Shown here piece after piece: positions 1 through 8,023 of a stretch of DNA of 38,094 bases. The position numbers were made by a program, and so were the translations under genes. The notes under the pieces are model-generated. The model was not told the DNA's origin. It saw only the letters and a program-made list of their open reading frames with translations, and made no database searches. Every line of letters begins with the position of its first letter. Position 1 is the first letter of the stretch. Source of the DNA: a virus (taxonomy: Duplodnaviria; Caudoviricetes); IMG/VR virus record IMGVR_UViG_3300016654_000302, positions 1 through 38,094 of that record. One strand, 5' to 3'.

Positions 1-192
1 CTAGTCCGGAATGTCCTGCTGCGGCGCGCTGAAGGCGCGTAGGACGGCGTCGGCGTCTTCCTCGACCAGGCAGCTGAAGGCCCCGTTGAGGAAGATGCGG
101 GTCCCGTCTTCGGTCGCGGCGAAGGCCAGAACCCGGCTCTCCTTCAGGTAGATGGGCTGATGTTCCGGCAGCTGGGTGAAGCGAACGAACAT
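1..192 (-). CDS. Small hypothetical protein (63 aa, MFVRFTQLPEHQPIYL...)
   Basis: ATG at 192-190 overlaps the upstream TGA (TGATG coupling); protein-like composition; the longer 148-aa extension overlaps the lipoprotein gene. Confidence 0.7.
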   Translation of the reverse strand: MFVRFTQLPEHQPIYLKESRVLAFAATEDGTRIFLNGAFSCLVEEDADAVLRAFSAPQQDIPD

Positions 193-746
193 CAGCTCGC
201 GATGACCTTGGCGATCCGGGCCGCCTGGGCGTCGGCCGCGACGCGGGCGGGCTGGCTTAAGGCGCCGCATTCGACTTCGAGATTGGAGACGTCGCCGTCG
301 ACCGCCTTCGCATGGGCCGCGTTGAGGATCACCGCGCGCCAGGCGCAGCCCTGAACGGTGTTTCGCTGGACGCCGGTACAGGTACGGGACAGGCAATAGG
401 CGACGTTCCGCTGGGCTTGATAGTCGCCACGATAGGCGCCTGCCCAATCTCTCAGGAACTTCAGCTGCTCATAGCGGCACGTCATCTCGTCTCCGGCGGC
501 CACGCCGCAGGACACCAGTTCAGGGTTGGGCAGGCCGTCGAATGCGGGTTTGCCGTCAGCTATCAGTCCCAAAAGCCTAGCTTGCTCTGCCTGATCGGCG
601 GCCGGGAACATGTCGGCGGGAACAGTGAGCTGCGAAGCGCTCGTGGGCGCTGGGCCTGCCCCCTCTGTCGGCGAGCCTGCGGGCGTTTCGGGCGGGGCTC
701 CACAGGCGCAAAGGAGCGCTGCGAACAGGGGGGCAAGGCGGCGCAT
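192..746 (-). CDS. Cys-rich lipoprotein with Sel1-like repeat
   Basis: GGGAGA RBS before ATG at 746; signal peptide MRRLAPLFAALLCAC with lipobox; GDYQAQRNVAYCL...GVQRNTVQGCAW resembles a Sel1 repeat. Confidence 0.75.
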   Translation of the reverse strand: MRRLAPLFAALLCACGAPPETPAGSPTEGAGPAPTSASQLTVPADMFPAADQAEQARLLGLIADGKPAFDGLPNPELVSCGVAAGDEMTCRYEQLKFLRDWAGAYRGDYQAQRNVAYCLSRTCTGVQRNTVQGCAWRAVILNAAHAKAVDGDVSNLEVECGALSQPARVAADAQAARIAKVIAS

Positions 747-757
747 CTTTAATCTCC

Positions 758-1411
758 CTACAGCGCCGAAGCGGCCCAACGGACCCGGCCCAGAATGGCG
801 AAGTGATCAAGCCCTTCGCCGCTAAGCGTCTCAGGCTCATACCGTGGGTTCTCGGAAATGATCGACACAGCGTCGGCGCCCAGGCGGCGGAGGCGCTTGA
901 CCCTCAGTTCGTCGCCGATCCGAAAGGCAAAGATGCCTTCCCTGAGACGCGTATCAGTCGTGTCGGCCAGAACGCGCGCACCGTCCGCAATGATCGGCTC
1001 CATCGAGTCGCCCTCGGCTTCGAGAACGACCAGACCTTCAGCCGAGCTACGCCCCAGCGACCGCAGCAGCTCCATGTCGATGGGCATCACCCCAATTTGC
1101 TGTGCAGCGTCCGATAGTGACGCAGCGCCAGCAGCCAATCGGACGTCGAGGATCGGCACTTCGACGTAGCCGGCGCCCTTGGCATTCGGCTTGCCTATCC
1201 CTGTCGCCAACCAATCGAGATTGACGCCCAGCACCTTGGCCAGACGCGCAGCCTTGAAGAGGCCGGGCTCCGATCCCTGGAACAGCTTCGACATGGTGCT
1301 GGTCGATATCCCTGCGCGCTTGGCGACCACGGCCTGCGGCGTATCCGACACAGCAGCGCGCAATCTATCCACAAATGCGGATGCGATATCGCCTTCGTCG
1401 TCCTCAGTCAT
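758..1411 (-). CDS. Phage CI-type repressor (HTH + S24 peptidase)
   Basis: N-terminal HTH QAVVAKRAGISTSTMSKL; AAG cleavage motif (RLAAGA); GDSMEP catalytic Ser, VKRL Lys, ISENPRY; divergent from ner. Confidence 0.93.
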   Translation of the reverse strand: MTEDDEGDIASAFVDRLRAAVSDTPQAVVAKRAGISTSTMSKLFQGSEPGLFKAARLAKVLGVNLDWLATGIGKPNAKGAGYVEVPILDVRLAAGAASLSDAAQQIGVMPIDMELLRSLGRSSAEGLVVLEAEGDSMEPIIADGARVLADTTDTRLREGIFAFRIGDELRVKRLRRLGADAVSIISENPRYEPETLSGEGLDHFAILGRVRWAASAL

Positions 1412-1475
1412 CTTGACGTATCCGAATAGGGGAAATAACGTCCACTAAACGGGATGCACATCCCGTCTTGTGGAT
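1367..1475. promoter_or_regulatory. Operator array, consensus RTCCAC-N4-GTGGAT (sites 1367-1382, 1440-1455, 1460-1475, weak site 1420-1435)
   Basis: ATCCACAAATGCGGAT, GTCCACTAAACGGGAT, ATCCCGTCTTGTGGAT at the repressor/ner junction; 20-bp spacing of the intergenic sites. Confidence 0.7.
1413..1441 (+). promoter_or_regulatory. Putative sigma70 early promoter
   Basis: TTGACG (1413-1418), 17-bp spacer, TAACGT (1436-1441), upstream of ner and overlapped by operator sites. Confidence 0.6.
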
Positions 1476-1496
1476 TGAACCTTGGCGGGTGATCGG

Positions 1497-1766
1497 GTGC
1501 ATAAAGAGGACATCAAGTCGGTGATCAGGAAGCAGCATGGCTCCCTGACCTCTTTCGAAAAGGCCCAAGGGCTCCCGAAAGGGTCGGTCAAGGACGTCCT
1601 GCGCGGGCGTTCGGTCGCTCGCGCAGAAGCCGCAATCGCGGAAGCTTTGAAGAAGCCGATCCAAACCCTGTTCCCACGGCGCTACGGACGGATTGAGTCG
1701 TCCACCAAAGTGGATAGTAGCGCACCCAAGCGGGACGCGCACGGTCTAACAGCGGGAGCGCGTTAG
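1497..1766 (+). CDS. ner: Ner/Nlp-family DNA-binding protein
   Basis: MHKEDIKSVIRKQHGSL...AEAAIAEAL...LFPRRY fits the Ner family; GTG start at 1497 preferred (TTG 1482 possible); divergent from the repressor as in Mu. Confidence 0.85.
   Translation: MHKEDIKSVIRKQHGSLTSFEKAQGLPKGSVKDVLRGRSVARAEAAIAEALKKPIQTLFPRRYGRIESSTKVDSSAPKRDAHGLTAGAR
1700..1715. promoter_or_regulatory. Distal operator-like site within ner
   Basis: GTCCACCAAAGTGGAT, the best match to the RTCCAC-N4-GTGGAT motif. Confidence 0.55.
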
Positions 1767-1768
1767 AC

Positions 1769-2641
1769 ATGAGGTCGGGGGACCAATCCATCATCCAGGC
1801 GGCGCTCGCCGCCGTCATCGATCCGGTCGTATCCGATCAGATCGTCATGATCCCGCTGGACCTGATCGACGCCGTCGACCGGCTCCGCGAAGTGAACGAG
1901 GCCCACGCCGAGGTCATGGCGGCGTCGTTCGCCGAGCGTGGCCAGCGGACGCCGGTCGAGGTCGTGCGTCGAGGCGACCGGTTCCGGCTGGTCTATGGCG
2001 CTCACCGCTTCCGGGCCGCGCAGATCGCGCGACTGAACGCGATCAAAGCCGTCATCACCGAAGCTGACGACGCCGAGCTGCGCCTTCGCGAGATCGATGA
2101 AAACCTGATCCGGCATGAGTTGACGGCGCTGGATCGCGCCCGGTTCCTTGCCGAGCGCAAGCGCATCTACGAGGCGCTGAACCCCGATGCGAAGCACGGG
2201 TCCAACCAGCACACCCGTGGAGTTGCCAACTTGGCAACTCCTTCCTTCGGCGAGGACATCGCCGATAAGGTCGGGCTCTCCTACCGCACCATCGCGCGGG
2301 CTGTGGCCCTCGCTGAGGCCCTCTCTCCCGACGTCATTAAGGCGGTCCAGCACACCCCTTGGGCGTCCAATCAGGCTGCGCTGGAAGCCCTCGCCAAACA
2401 CCCGGCGGCGCGTCAGCAGGCTGCTGTCGCCCAGCTGCTGGCCGTCGAGAACCCGGCGAGGTCGGTCAATGAGGCCTTCGACCGGATCGACGGCAGGGCG
2501 GTCAAGCCGACCGTCGAGAAGCACCTGTCTAAGGCGATCGATCTCTGGGGGCGGATGAACGCGAAGGACCGCAAGGCCTTCCTCGACTTCCTCGCCCATG
2601 CCGATCTGCCCAAGGGCTGCACCGTCGAGGTGGCGAAGTGA
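1769..2641 (+). CDS. ParB/Spo0J-like protein (ParB N-terminal CTPase fold + HTH)
   Basis: GQRTPVEV, LVYGAHRFRAA (GxxRxxA), EIDENLIRHELT, HTH IADKVGLSYRTIARAV. Confidence 0.88.
   Translation: MRSGDQSIIQAALAAVIDPVVSDQIVMIPLDLIDAVDRLREVNEAHAEVMAASFAERGQRTPVEVVRRGDRFRLVYGAHRFRAAQIARLNAIKAVITEADDAELRLREIDENLIRHELTALDRARFLAERKRIYEALNPDAKHGSNQHTRGVANLATPSFGEDIADKVGLSYRTIARAVALAEALSPDVIKAVQHTPWASNQAALEALAKHPAARQQAAVAQLLAVENPARSVNEAFDRIDGRAVKPTVEKHLSKAIDLWGRMNAKDRKAFLDFLAHADLPKGCTVEVAK
2219..2241. repeat. Perfect 23-bp palindrome inside the ParB-like gene (parS-like)
   Basis: GGAGTTGCCAA-C-TTGGCAACTCC, 11-bp perfect arms. Confidence 0.85.
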
Positions 2642-2880
2642 ACGCCGCCGCCTGGACCCTGCACGGCCGATTGGCCGTCCTTCGCGCCGTCGCGGCGGGC
2701 GAGAGCCCGTGGTCGGGATGGGACGACGGGATTGCCGCCAAAACCGGCGAGGCCTCGGACGCCTACGCCGAGCGTAAGTCGCTGATCACCGGCCTGCGCC
2801 GGGACGGGATGCTGACGGACAACAATCACCTGACGGCCGAGGGCCGCGCGCTGGTCGCACTGGAGCGCCAGCATGGGTAG
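2638..2880 (+). CDS. Hypothetical protein (possible winged-helix)
   Basis: GTGA overlap with the ParB-like stop; ends with LTAEGRALV, wHTH-like. Confidence 0.65.
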   Translation: MNAAAWTLHGRLAVLRAVAAGESPWSGWDDGIAAKTGEASDAYAERKSLITGLRRDGMLTDNNHLTAEGRALVALERQHG

Positions 2881-3343
2881 GCATCACAAGCGCCACCGCG
2901 AAGACCCGCGCCAGATGTCCCTGTCGTTCGACGCCCCGGCCCGGGTGACGCCGACCGAAGGCCTGCTGGCCGGGCTGGACGTCTACGTCGCCGGGCTGGT
3001 CGCCCGCATCGTTCAGGACGATCCCCGGTCGCAAAACGAGATCGCCGCCGCCCTGTCGGCGGTGCTGGGCGAGCCCGTGTCGGGCGACATGCTGTATGCC
3101 TACGCGGCCCCGGCGAAGACGACCCACAACATCAGCGTGGCGCGGTTCTTCGCCCTGATCCTCGCGACCAAGCGGTCCGACGCGCTCGACGCCCTGTCGA
3201 CCCGGATCGGCTGCCGGGTTCTGGAAGGCGAAGAGTTCGTGCTGGCCCAGCTCGGACACGTCCGCGCCGAGCGCCGCCGCTTGGACGCTCTAGAGCGAGA
3301 ACTGACCCGCAAGGCCCAGCCTTTCGAGGGGCGTTCGGCATGA
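2873..3343 (+). CDS. Phage regulatory protein (CII-like HTH)
   Basis: RSQNEIAAALSAVLGEPVSGDMLYAYAAPAK...HNIS...ALILAT pattern typical of genes preceding MuA; coupled to the transposase start. Confidence 0.65.
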   Translation: MGRHHKRHREDPRQMSLSFDAPARVTPTEGLLAGLDVYVAGLVARIVQDDPRSQNEIAAALSAVLGEPVSGDMLYAYAAPAKTTHNISVARFFALILATKRSDALDALSTRIGCRVLEGEEFVLAQLGHVRAERRRLDALERELTRKAQPFEGRSA

Positions 3344-5322
3344 AGGCGTGGTGGTCCGCACAGGAACTGGCACTTCAGACACTGCCCGGCCTGCCCGCGA
3401 CGAAGCGGAAGGTCAACGAGGTCGCCGAACAGCAGGGTTGGGCGCTGCGCGCCGACGCCAGCGGCGTGAAGCTGGCCCGCGTCCGCAAGGGCAAGGGCGG
3501 AGGAATGGAGTACCACTACACCGTCCTGCCCATGTCGGCGGTCGCGGCGCTGGTGGCGCGCGGCCTAGTCCTCAATCAGGACACCGAGGCCAAGCCCGTG
3601 GTGGCCCGGTCCGAAATCTGGGCGGCGTTCGAAGGCCTGCCCGAATGCAAGAAAGCGACGGCCCGGTTCCGTCTGGGCGTCCTTCAGGAGATCGAAGGGC
3701 TGCGCTCGGCCGGATACTCGGCGGGCGGCGCCGCCGCCCATGTCGTCGCGCTCCATGCCGTCCGTCACCGGGCCGGTGAAGGCGACGATCACAAGTTCAG
3801 CGTCCAGACCGTCTATAACTGGCAGAAGGCCGTGCGCCGTCTTGATCGGGGCGACTGGCTTCCGGCCCTGGCGCCGCAGACGCAGGGCCGCACGGCGACC
3901 GCCGACTGCGATCCCGAGGCGTGGGAGTTCCTGAAGGGCGACTATCTGCGCCTGTCGGCCCCGTCGTTCGAAAGCTGCATGGACCGGCTGGTCGACGCGG
4001 CCTCGCTGCACGGCTGGACCCTGCCCAGCGCGAAGACCCTTCAGCGGCGCCTTCAGCGCGACATTCCCGAGGCCATCCGGGTTCTGGCCCGCGAGGGCGT
4101 GGACGCCCTGACGAAAATGTATCCGCCCATGGTGCGGGACCGCAGCGAGTTCCACGCCATGCAGGCCGTCAATGCGGACGGTCACCGGTGGGACGTCTTC
4201 GTCCAGTTCCCCGGCAAGCCCAAGCCGATCCGCCCGCTCATGCTGGCCATTCAGGACCTGTATTCGGGGAAAATCCTCGCATGGCGCCTAGCCGAAAACG
4301 AGGGCGCGGACACCGTCCGTCTGGCCTTCGGCGACCTGTTCCGCGAGCATGGCGTTCCCGAGCTGGCGTGGCTCGACAACGGTCGCGGCTTCGCCTCGAA
4401 ATGGATCACTGGCGGGACGCCCAACCGCTTCCGGTTCAAGGTGAAGGCCGAGGAACCGGTGGGCGTCCTGACCGCCCTGGGCGTCAAGGTCCACTGGACC
4501 CGGCCTTACTCGGGCCAGTCCAAGCCGATCGAACGGGCCTTTGAGACCCTGTGCGACCACGGCGCCAAACACCCGGCATTCCAGGGCGCCTACACCGGCA
4601 ACTCGCCGATGGCCAAGCCCGAAGACTACGCCACGCGCGCCGTGCCGCTGCACGTCTTCAAAGCCGTGGTGACCAAGGTCATCCAGCAGCACAATGCCAA
4701 GGTCGGGCGGCGGACGCGGGTCTGCCGTGGCGTCCTGTCCTACGATCAGGCCTATGAGGCGAGCCGCGCCGGCGCCCTGATCCGCAAGGCGACGGAAGCC
4801 CAGCTGCGCATGTGCATGCTGGCCAATGAGACCGCGACGGCTGAACGCCGCTCCGGCTCGATCAGCCTGTTCGACAACGTCTATTGGTCGCCGTTCCTGA
4901 ACGAGCATCGGGGCGAGAAGCTTGTGGTCCGGTTCGATCCGGACCGGCTGCACGAAGAGCCGCTGCACGTCTACTCGCGGACCGGCGCCTACCTCGGCGC
5001 GGCCGAACTGCACGCCGCCACCGGGTTCGCCGACGCGGCCGCCGGACGCGAACATAACCGGGCGCGCGCCGCCTTCCTCAAGGCCCAGAAGGATCAGCTG
5101 GAAGTCGAGCGCCGCCTGTCGGCGAGCGACATCGCCGCCCTGCTGCCGGAGCTTTCCGAGGACGACGACACCCCGCCGGTCGCACCCCGCGCCGTGCGCA
5201 TGATTTCCGGTCTGGGGAGCGCGGCGCTGGCCGTCGCCGACCCGGATCACATCCCCTTCATCGACCGGCTCGCAGCCGCCCAGACCGCCCAGCGGGCCGA
5301 GCATCTGCGGCTGGTCGAATGA
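3340..5322 (+). CDS. Mu transposase A (DDE)
   Basis: N-terminal Mu HTH (WWSAQELA..LPGLP...GKGGGMEY); catalytic ADGH, LDNG, KPIER; C-terminal VRFDPDRLH. Confidence 0.96.
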   Translation: MKAWWSAQELALQTLPGLPATKRKVNEVAEQQGWALRADASGVKLARVRKGKGGGMEYHYTVLPMSAVAALVARGLVLNQDTEAKPVVARSEIWAAFEGLPECKKATARFRLGVLQEIEGLRSAGYSAGGAAAHVVALHAVRHRAGEGDDHKFSVQTVYNWQKAVRRLDRGDWLPALAPQTQGRTATADCDPEAWEFLKGDYLRLSAPSFESCMDRLVDAASLHGWTLPSAKTLQRRLQRDIPEAIRVLAREGVDALTKMYPPMVRDRSEFHAMQAVNADGHRWDVFVQFPGKPKPIRPLMLAIQDLYSGKILAWRLAENEGADTVRLAFGDLFREHGVPELAWLDNGRGFASKWITGGTPNRFRFKVKAEEPVGVLTALGVKVHWTRPYSGQSKPIERAFETLCDHGAKHPAFQGAYTGNSPMAKPEDYATRAVPLHVFKAVVTKVIQQHNAKVGRRTRVCRGVLSYDQAYEASRAGALIRKATEAQLRMCMLANETATAERRSGSISLFDNVYWSPFLNEHRGEKLVVRFDPDRLHEEPLHVYSRTGAYLGAAELHAATGFADAAAGREHNRARAAFLKAQKDQLEVERRLSASDIAALLPELSEDDDTPPVAPRAVRMISGLGSAALAVADPDHIPFIDRLAAAQTAQRAEHLRLVE

Positions 5323-5325
5323 GGA

Positions 5326-5359
5326 AGGGCCGGTCGGGGCGGCAACCCCGACCGGCCCT
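5326..5359 (+). other. Perfect 14-bp stem-loop between MuA and MuB
   Basis: AGGGCCGGTCGGGG-CGGCAA-CCCCGACCGGCCCT; no U-tract follows. Confidence 0.7.
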
Positions 5360-5391
5360 GATAGCCGCCTTCAATCAGAGGAACGAGTACC

Positions 5392-6354
5392 ATGACACCG
5401 AACCTAGGCAAGACCACCTTCGACGCCGCCGAGCTGACCCAGCTGCGTGCAGAAGCGACCTCCTACATCGAACGCAACGGCTGGACGAAGAAGAAATTCG
5501 CCGAGGAATGCGACGTCCCGGAGGGGACCTTCGGCCCTTGGCTGGCGGGCTCCTACGCGGGCGATAACGACAAGCCCGCCGCCAAGGTCTACCGCTTCCT
5601 TTCCGCCCGGAAGGAACAGGCCCAGCTGGCCGCCTCGATCCCGGTCGCGCCGTCGTATCAGGAAACCCCGACCTCGCGCCGCATCTTCGCGGCACTGGAG
5701 CATGCCCAGGTCTTCAACGATCTGGTGGTGGTCGGCGTAGGGCCGGGCCTCGGCAAGACCGCGACGATCAAGCAGTACAAGTCGGTCCGCCCGCGCGTCT
5801 GGCATGCGGCCATGAAGCCCTCGACGCGGGGCGTCCCCAACGCCCTGGTCGCGGTGCTGGCGGTCATGGGCGACGCCGACGCCAAAGGGACGCCGCAAGC
5901 CCTGTCGCGCCGCGTGGCGGCAAAGGCGACCGAAGGCGGCCTGCTGATCATCGACGAGGCCCAGCACCTGTCGCAGCAGGCGGTCGACGAGTTCCGCTCC
6001 ATCCATGACGAGACCGGCTGCGGTCTGGTCTTCTCCGGCGACGAGAGCGTCTTCAGCCTGTTCGATGGGACACGCCGTCAGGCGTTCGCGCAGTTCCATA
6101 GCCGGATCGGCATGCGCATCCGCCAGTCGACGCCGATGGTCGGGGACGCCGCGATCCTCGCCGCCGCCCACGGCATCACCGATCCCGGTCAGATGAAGCT
6201 GTGCGTCGAGATCGCGTCGAAGCCGGGCGCCCTGCGCGGCCTCACGAAGACCCTGCTGCTGGCAAAGCGGGCGGCGGCCCTGACCGACAGTCCCATGAGC
6301 CAGATGCTGATCCGTGAAGCGTGGGGCCAGCGCACCGCCGAGTCCGCGTCGTGA
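5392..6354 (+). CDS. MuB-like AAA+ transposition ATPase
   Basis: N-terminal HTH; Walker A GPGLGKT; Walker B LLIIDEAQHL; SRIG; GALRGL; follows MuA. Confidence 0.94.
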   Translation: MTPNLGKTTFDAAELTQLRAEATSYIERNGWTKKKFAEECDVPEGTFGPWLAGSYAGDNDKPAAKVYRFLSARKEQAQLAASIPVAPSYQETPTSRRIFAALEHAQVFNDLVVVGVGPGLGKTATIKQYKSVRPRVWHAAMKPSTRGVPNALVAVLAVMGDADAKGTPQALSRRVAAKATEGGLLIIDEAQHLSQQAVDEFRSIHDETGCGLVFSGDESVFSLFDGTRRQAFAQFHSRIGMRIRQSTPMVGDAAILAAAHGITDPGQMKLCVEIASKPGALRGLTKTLLLAKRAAALTDSPMSQMLIREAWGQRTAESAS

Positions 6355-6755
6355 GGGCCGTCGTGATCGCTCCGTCCCTGCATCCGATCGACGACATTCT
6401 GGCCGAGGTCGGGATGATGGCGCGCCGGGCCAAGTCGGGGACGCTGGTCCCGGCCGAGTTCCGGGGCATCGAACGCCGCATCCGGAGCGGCGTCGTCGGT
6501 CAGGGTGTGGATCGCAACGGGTCCGTCCGGGCTCTGCTGGACGCCCTCGTCCTCGCCGCCGACGCCCGTGACCTGACCCGCGCCCAGGTCGCGGCGACGA
6601 TGGACCGCATCCGCGACCATCTGACCCGCGCCCGCGACGCCAGCCTGCCCGTCGTGCCCAACTTCGCCGTGCTGCCCTCGGGCGTCCACGGCCGTCCCCT
6701 CCGGCCCGCTCTGACCGTGATTGACGGCGGACGGACCGACCATCCCGAAAACTGA
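6351..6755 (+). CDS. Hypothetical protein
   Basis: GTGA overlap with the MuB stop; ends with LTVIDGG, common in alphaproteobacterial phage proteins. Confidence 0.65.
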   Translation: MRAVVIAPSLHPIDDILAEVGMMARRAKSGTLVPAEFRGIERRIRSGVVGQGVDRNGSVRALLDALVLAADARDLTRAQVAATMDRIRDHLTRARDASLPVVPNFAVLPSGVHGRPLRPALTVIDGGRTDHPEN

Positions 6756-6765
6756 AGGAAAGACC

Positions 6766-7290
6766 ATGGCCAAGGCCAAGACCAAGGCGCTCGCCACCCC
6801 GGCGGCGCAGTCGAAGGAAGAGACCGAACAGCTGATCGCCCGCATGGGTGATCTGCAACGCGAGCTGCAACGACGTCAGGCCGATTACGGCGACGCTGCC
6901 GCCAAGCTGAAGGCGGACGTGGAAGAAGCCGTCCAGCCGATCAATGAGGAGATCGAGGACATCCGCGCCCGCGTCCAGGGCTGGTGCGAGGCGAACCGCA
7001 ACGCCCTCACTCGCGACGGCAAGGTGAAGTTCGCCAAGTTCGCCACCGGCGAGGTCAACTGGCGGACCCTGCCGCCCAAGGTCGGCATCCGGGGGGTCGA
7101 GAAGATGCTGGAGGAGGCCCGCCGTCTGGGCCTGCATCAGTTCATCCGGACCAAGCTGGAGCCGAACAAGGACGTCATGCTGGCCGAGCCCGCGCTGGCG
7201 AGGACCCTGCCGGGTGTGACCATCGGCAGCGAAGGCGAGGAATTCGCCATCGAGCCGTTCCAGCCCGAGATCGCGGCGGTGGCGGCATGA
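6766..7290 (+). CDS. gam: Mu Gam-like host-nuclease inhibitor
   Basis: AAGGA RBS; WCEANRNALTRDGKVKFAKFATGEVNWRTLPPKV...FIRTKLEPNKDVML...EEFAIEP. Confidence 0.92.
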   Translation: MAKAKTKALATPAAQSKEETEQLIARMGDLQRELQRRQADYGDAAAKLKADVEEAVQPINEEIEDIRARVQGWCEANRNALTRDGKVKFAKFATGEVNWRTLPPKVGIRGVEKMLEEARRLGLHQFIRTKLEPNKDVMLAEPALARTLPGVTIGSEGEEFAIEPFQPEIAAVAA

Positions 7291-7532
7291 CCGGCCTCGG
7301 CGCGCTCTCGGCGCGGGTCCGCCTTGAGCAGGCCCATGCTCTGACCTTCACTCACGGTGAAGTGCTGGCGGATTTCGAGATCCATCTGATCCGCGAGGTC
7401 CACGCCCGTTCGCGCGAGCTGGGCACGGTGAAGAACGTCACCGCCAACGAGTGGCACGTGATTGACGCCGCCCACGCGGCCATGAAATCCGCCCCTCGGC
7501 AGGACCTGACCGACATGGGTCTGGCCGCGTGA
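7287..7532 (+). CDS. Hypothetical protein (81 aa)
   Basis: ATGA coupling to gam and GTGA coupling to the next gene. Confidence 0.65.
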   Translation: MTGLGALSARVRLEQAHALTFTHGEVLADFEIHLIREVHARSRELGTVKNVTANEWHVIDAAHAAMKSAPRQDLTDMGLAA

Positions 7533-8023
7533 AAGCCCTGCCGAAGACCACGCTGGACGCCTTCGACCGGTTCTGGAAGGCCTATCCCTATCGGGCCGAG
7601 AACCCGAAGGCGCCCGCGCGCGTGGTCTTCGCCCGGCTGCTGAAAGAGGGCGTGTGCCCGGAGGCGCTGATTGCCGCCGCCGGGCGCTACGCCCGCTTCG
7701 TCGAAGAGCAGAAGATCAAGTCGATCTTCATTCCCCATGCCCGGAAGTGGCTCAACCAGGGCTACTTCGAAGACTTCATGACCGACCCGGACGTTCCGGC
7801 CTCGGCCCCGGCAGGGCCGAGCCCCGAGCACCCGTTGGCGGCGCTCTACACCCACGTCGGCGAAGGCCCGTGGGCGTCTTACTTCGCACCCCTGACCATC
7901 GAGATCAGCGAGGCCGGCGCCACCCTGACGGCGGCGACCCACTACGCGCGCACCAAGCTGGAGCGTGACTACGGCGACCTGATCGAGCGGGCTCTGGGGC
8001 CTGTCACCTGGAAGGTCCGCTGA
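7529..8023 (+). CDS. Phage replication-protein C-terminal-like domain fused to a DnaA N-terminal (domain I)-like domain
   Basis: FDRFWKAYP...FIPHARKWLNQGYFED resembles phage replisome-organiser C-termini; VGEGPWASYFAPL...ATLTAATHYARTKLERDYGDLI resembles DnaA domain I. Confidence 0.65.
   Translation: MKALPKTTLDAFDRFWKAYPYRAENPKAPARVVFARLLKEGVCPEALIAAAGRYARFVEEQKIKSIFIPHARKWLNQGYFEDFMTDPDVPASAPAGPSPEHPLAALYTHVGEGPWASYFAPLTIEISEAGATLTAATHYARTKLERDYGDLIERALGPVTWKVR

Noticed and set aside
1-200. Prophage left end (attL)
   Set aside because: The window begins at a stop codon within phage accessory genes; no TG terminus or copies of the right-end repeats are visible, so it lies outside the window
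5404-7137. Long antisense ORFs (577 aa here; also 14737-16206, 25332-27059, 28991-31639, 36165-37367)
   Set aside because: Shadow ORFs of GC-rich genes on the opposite strand; no recognisable motifs
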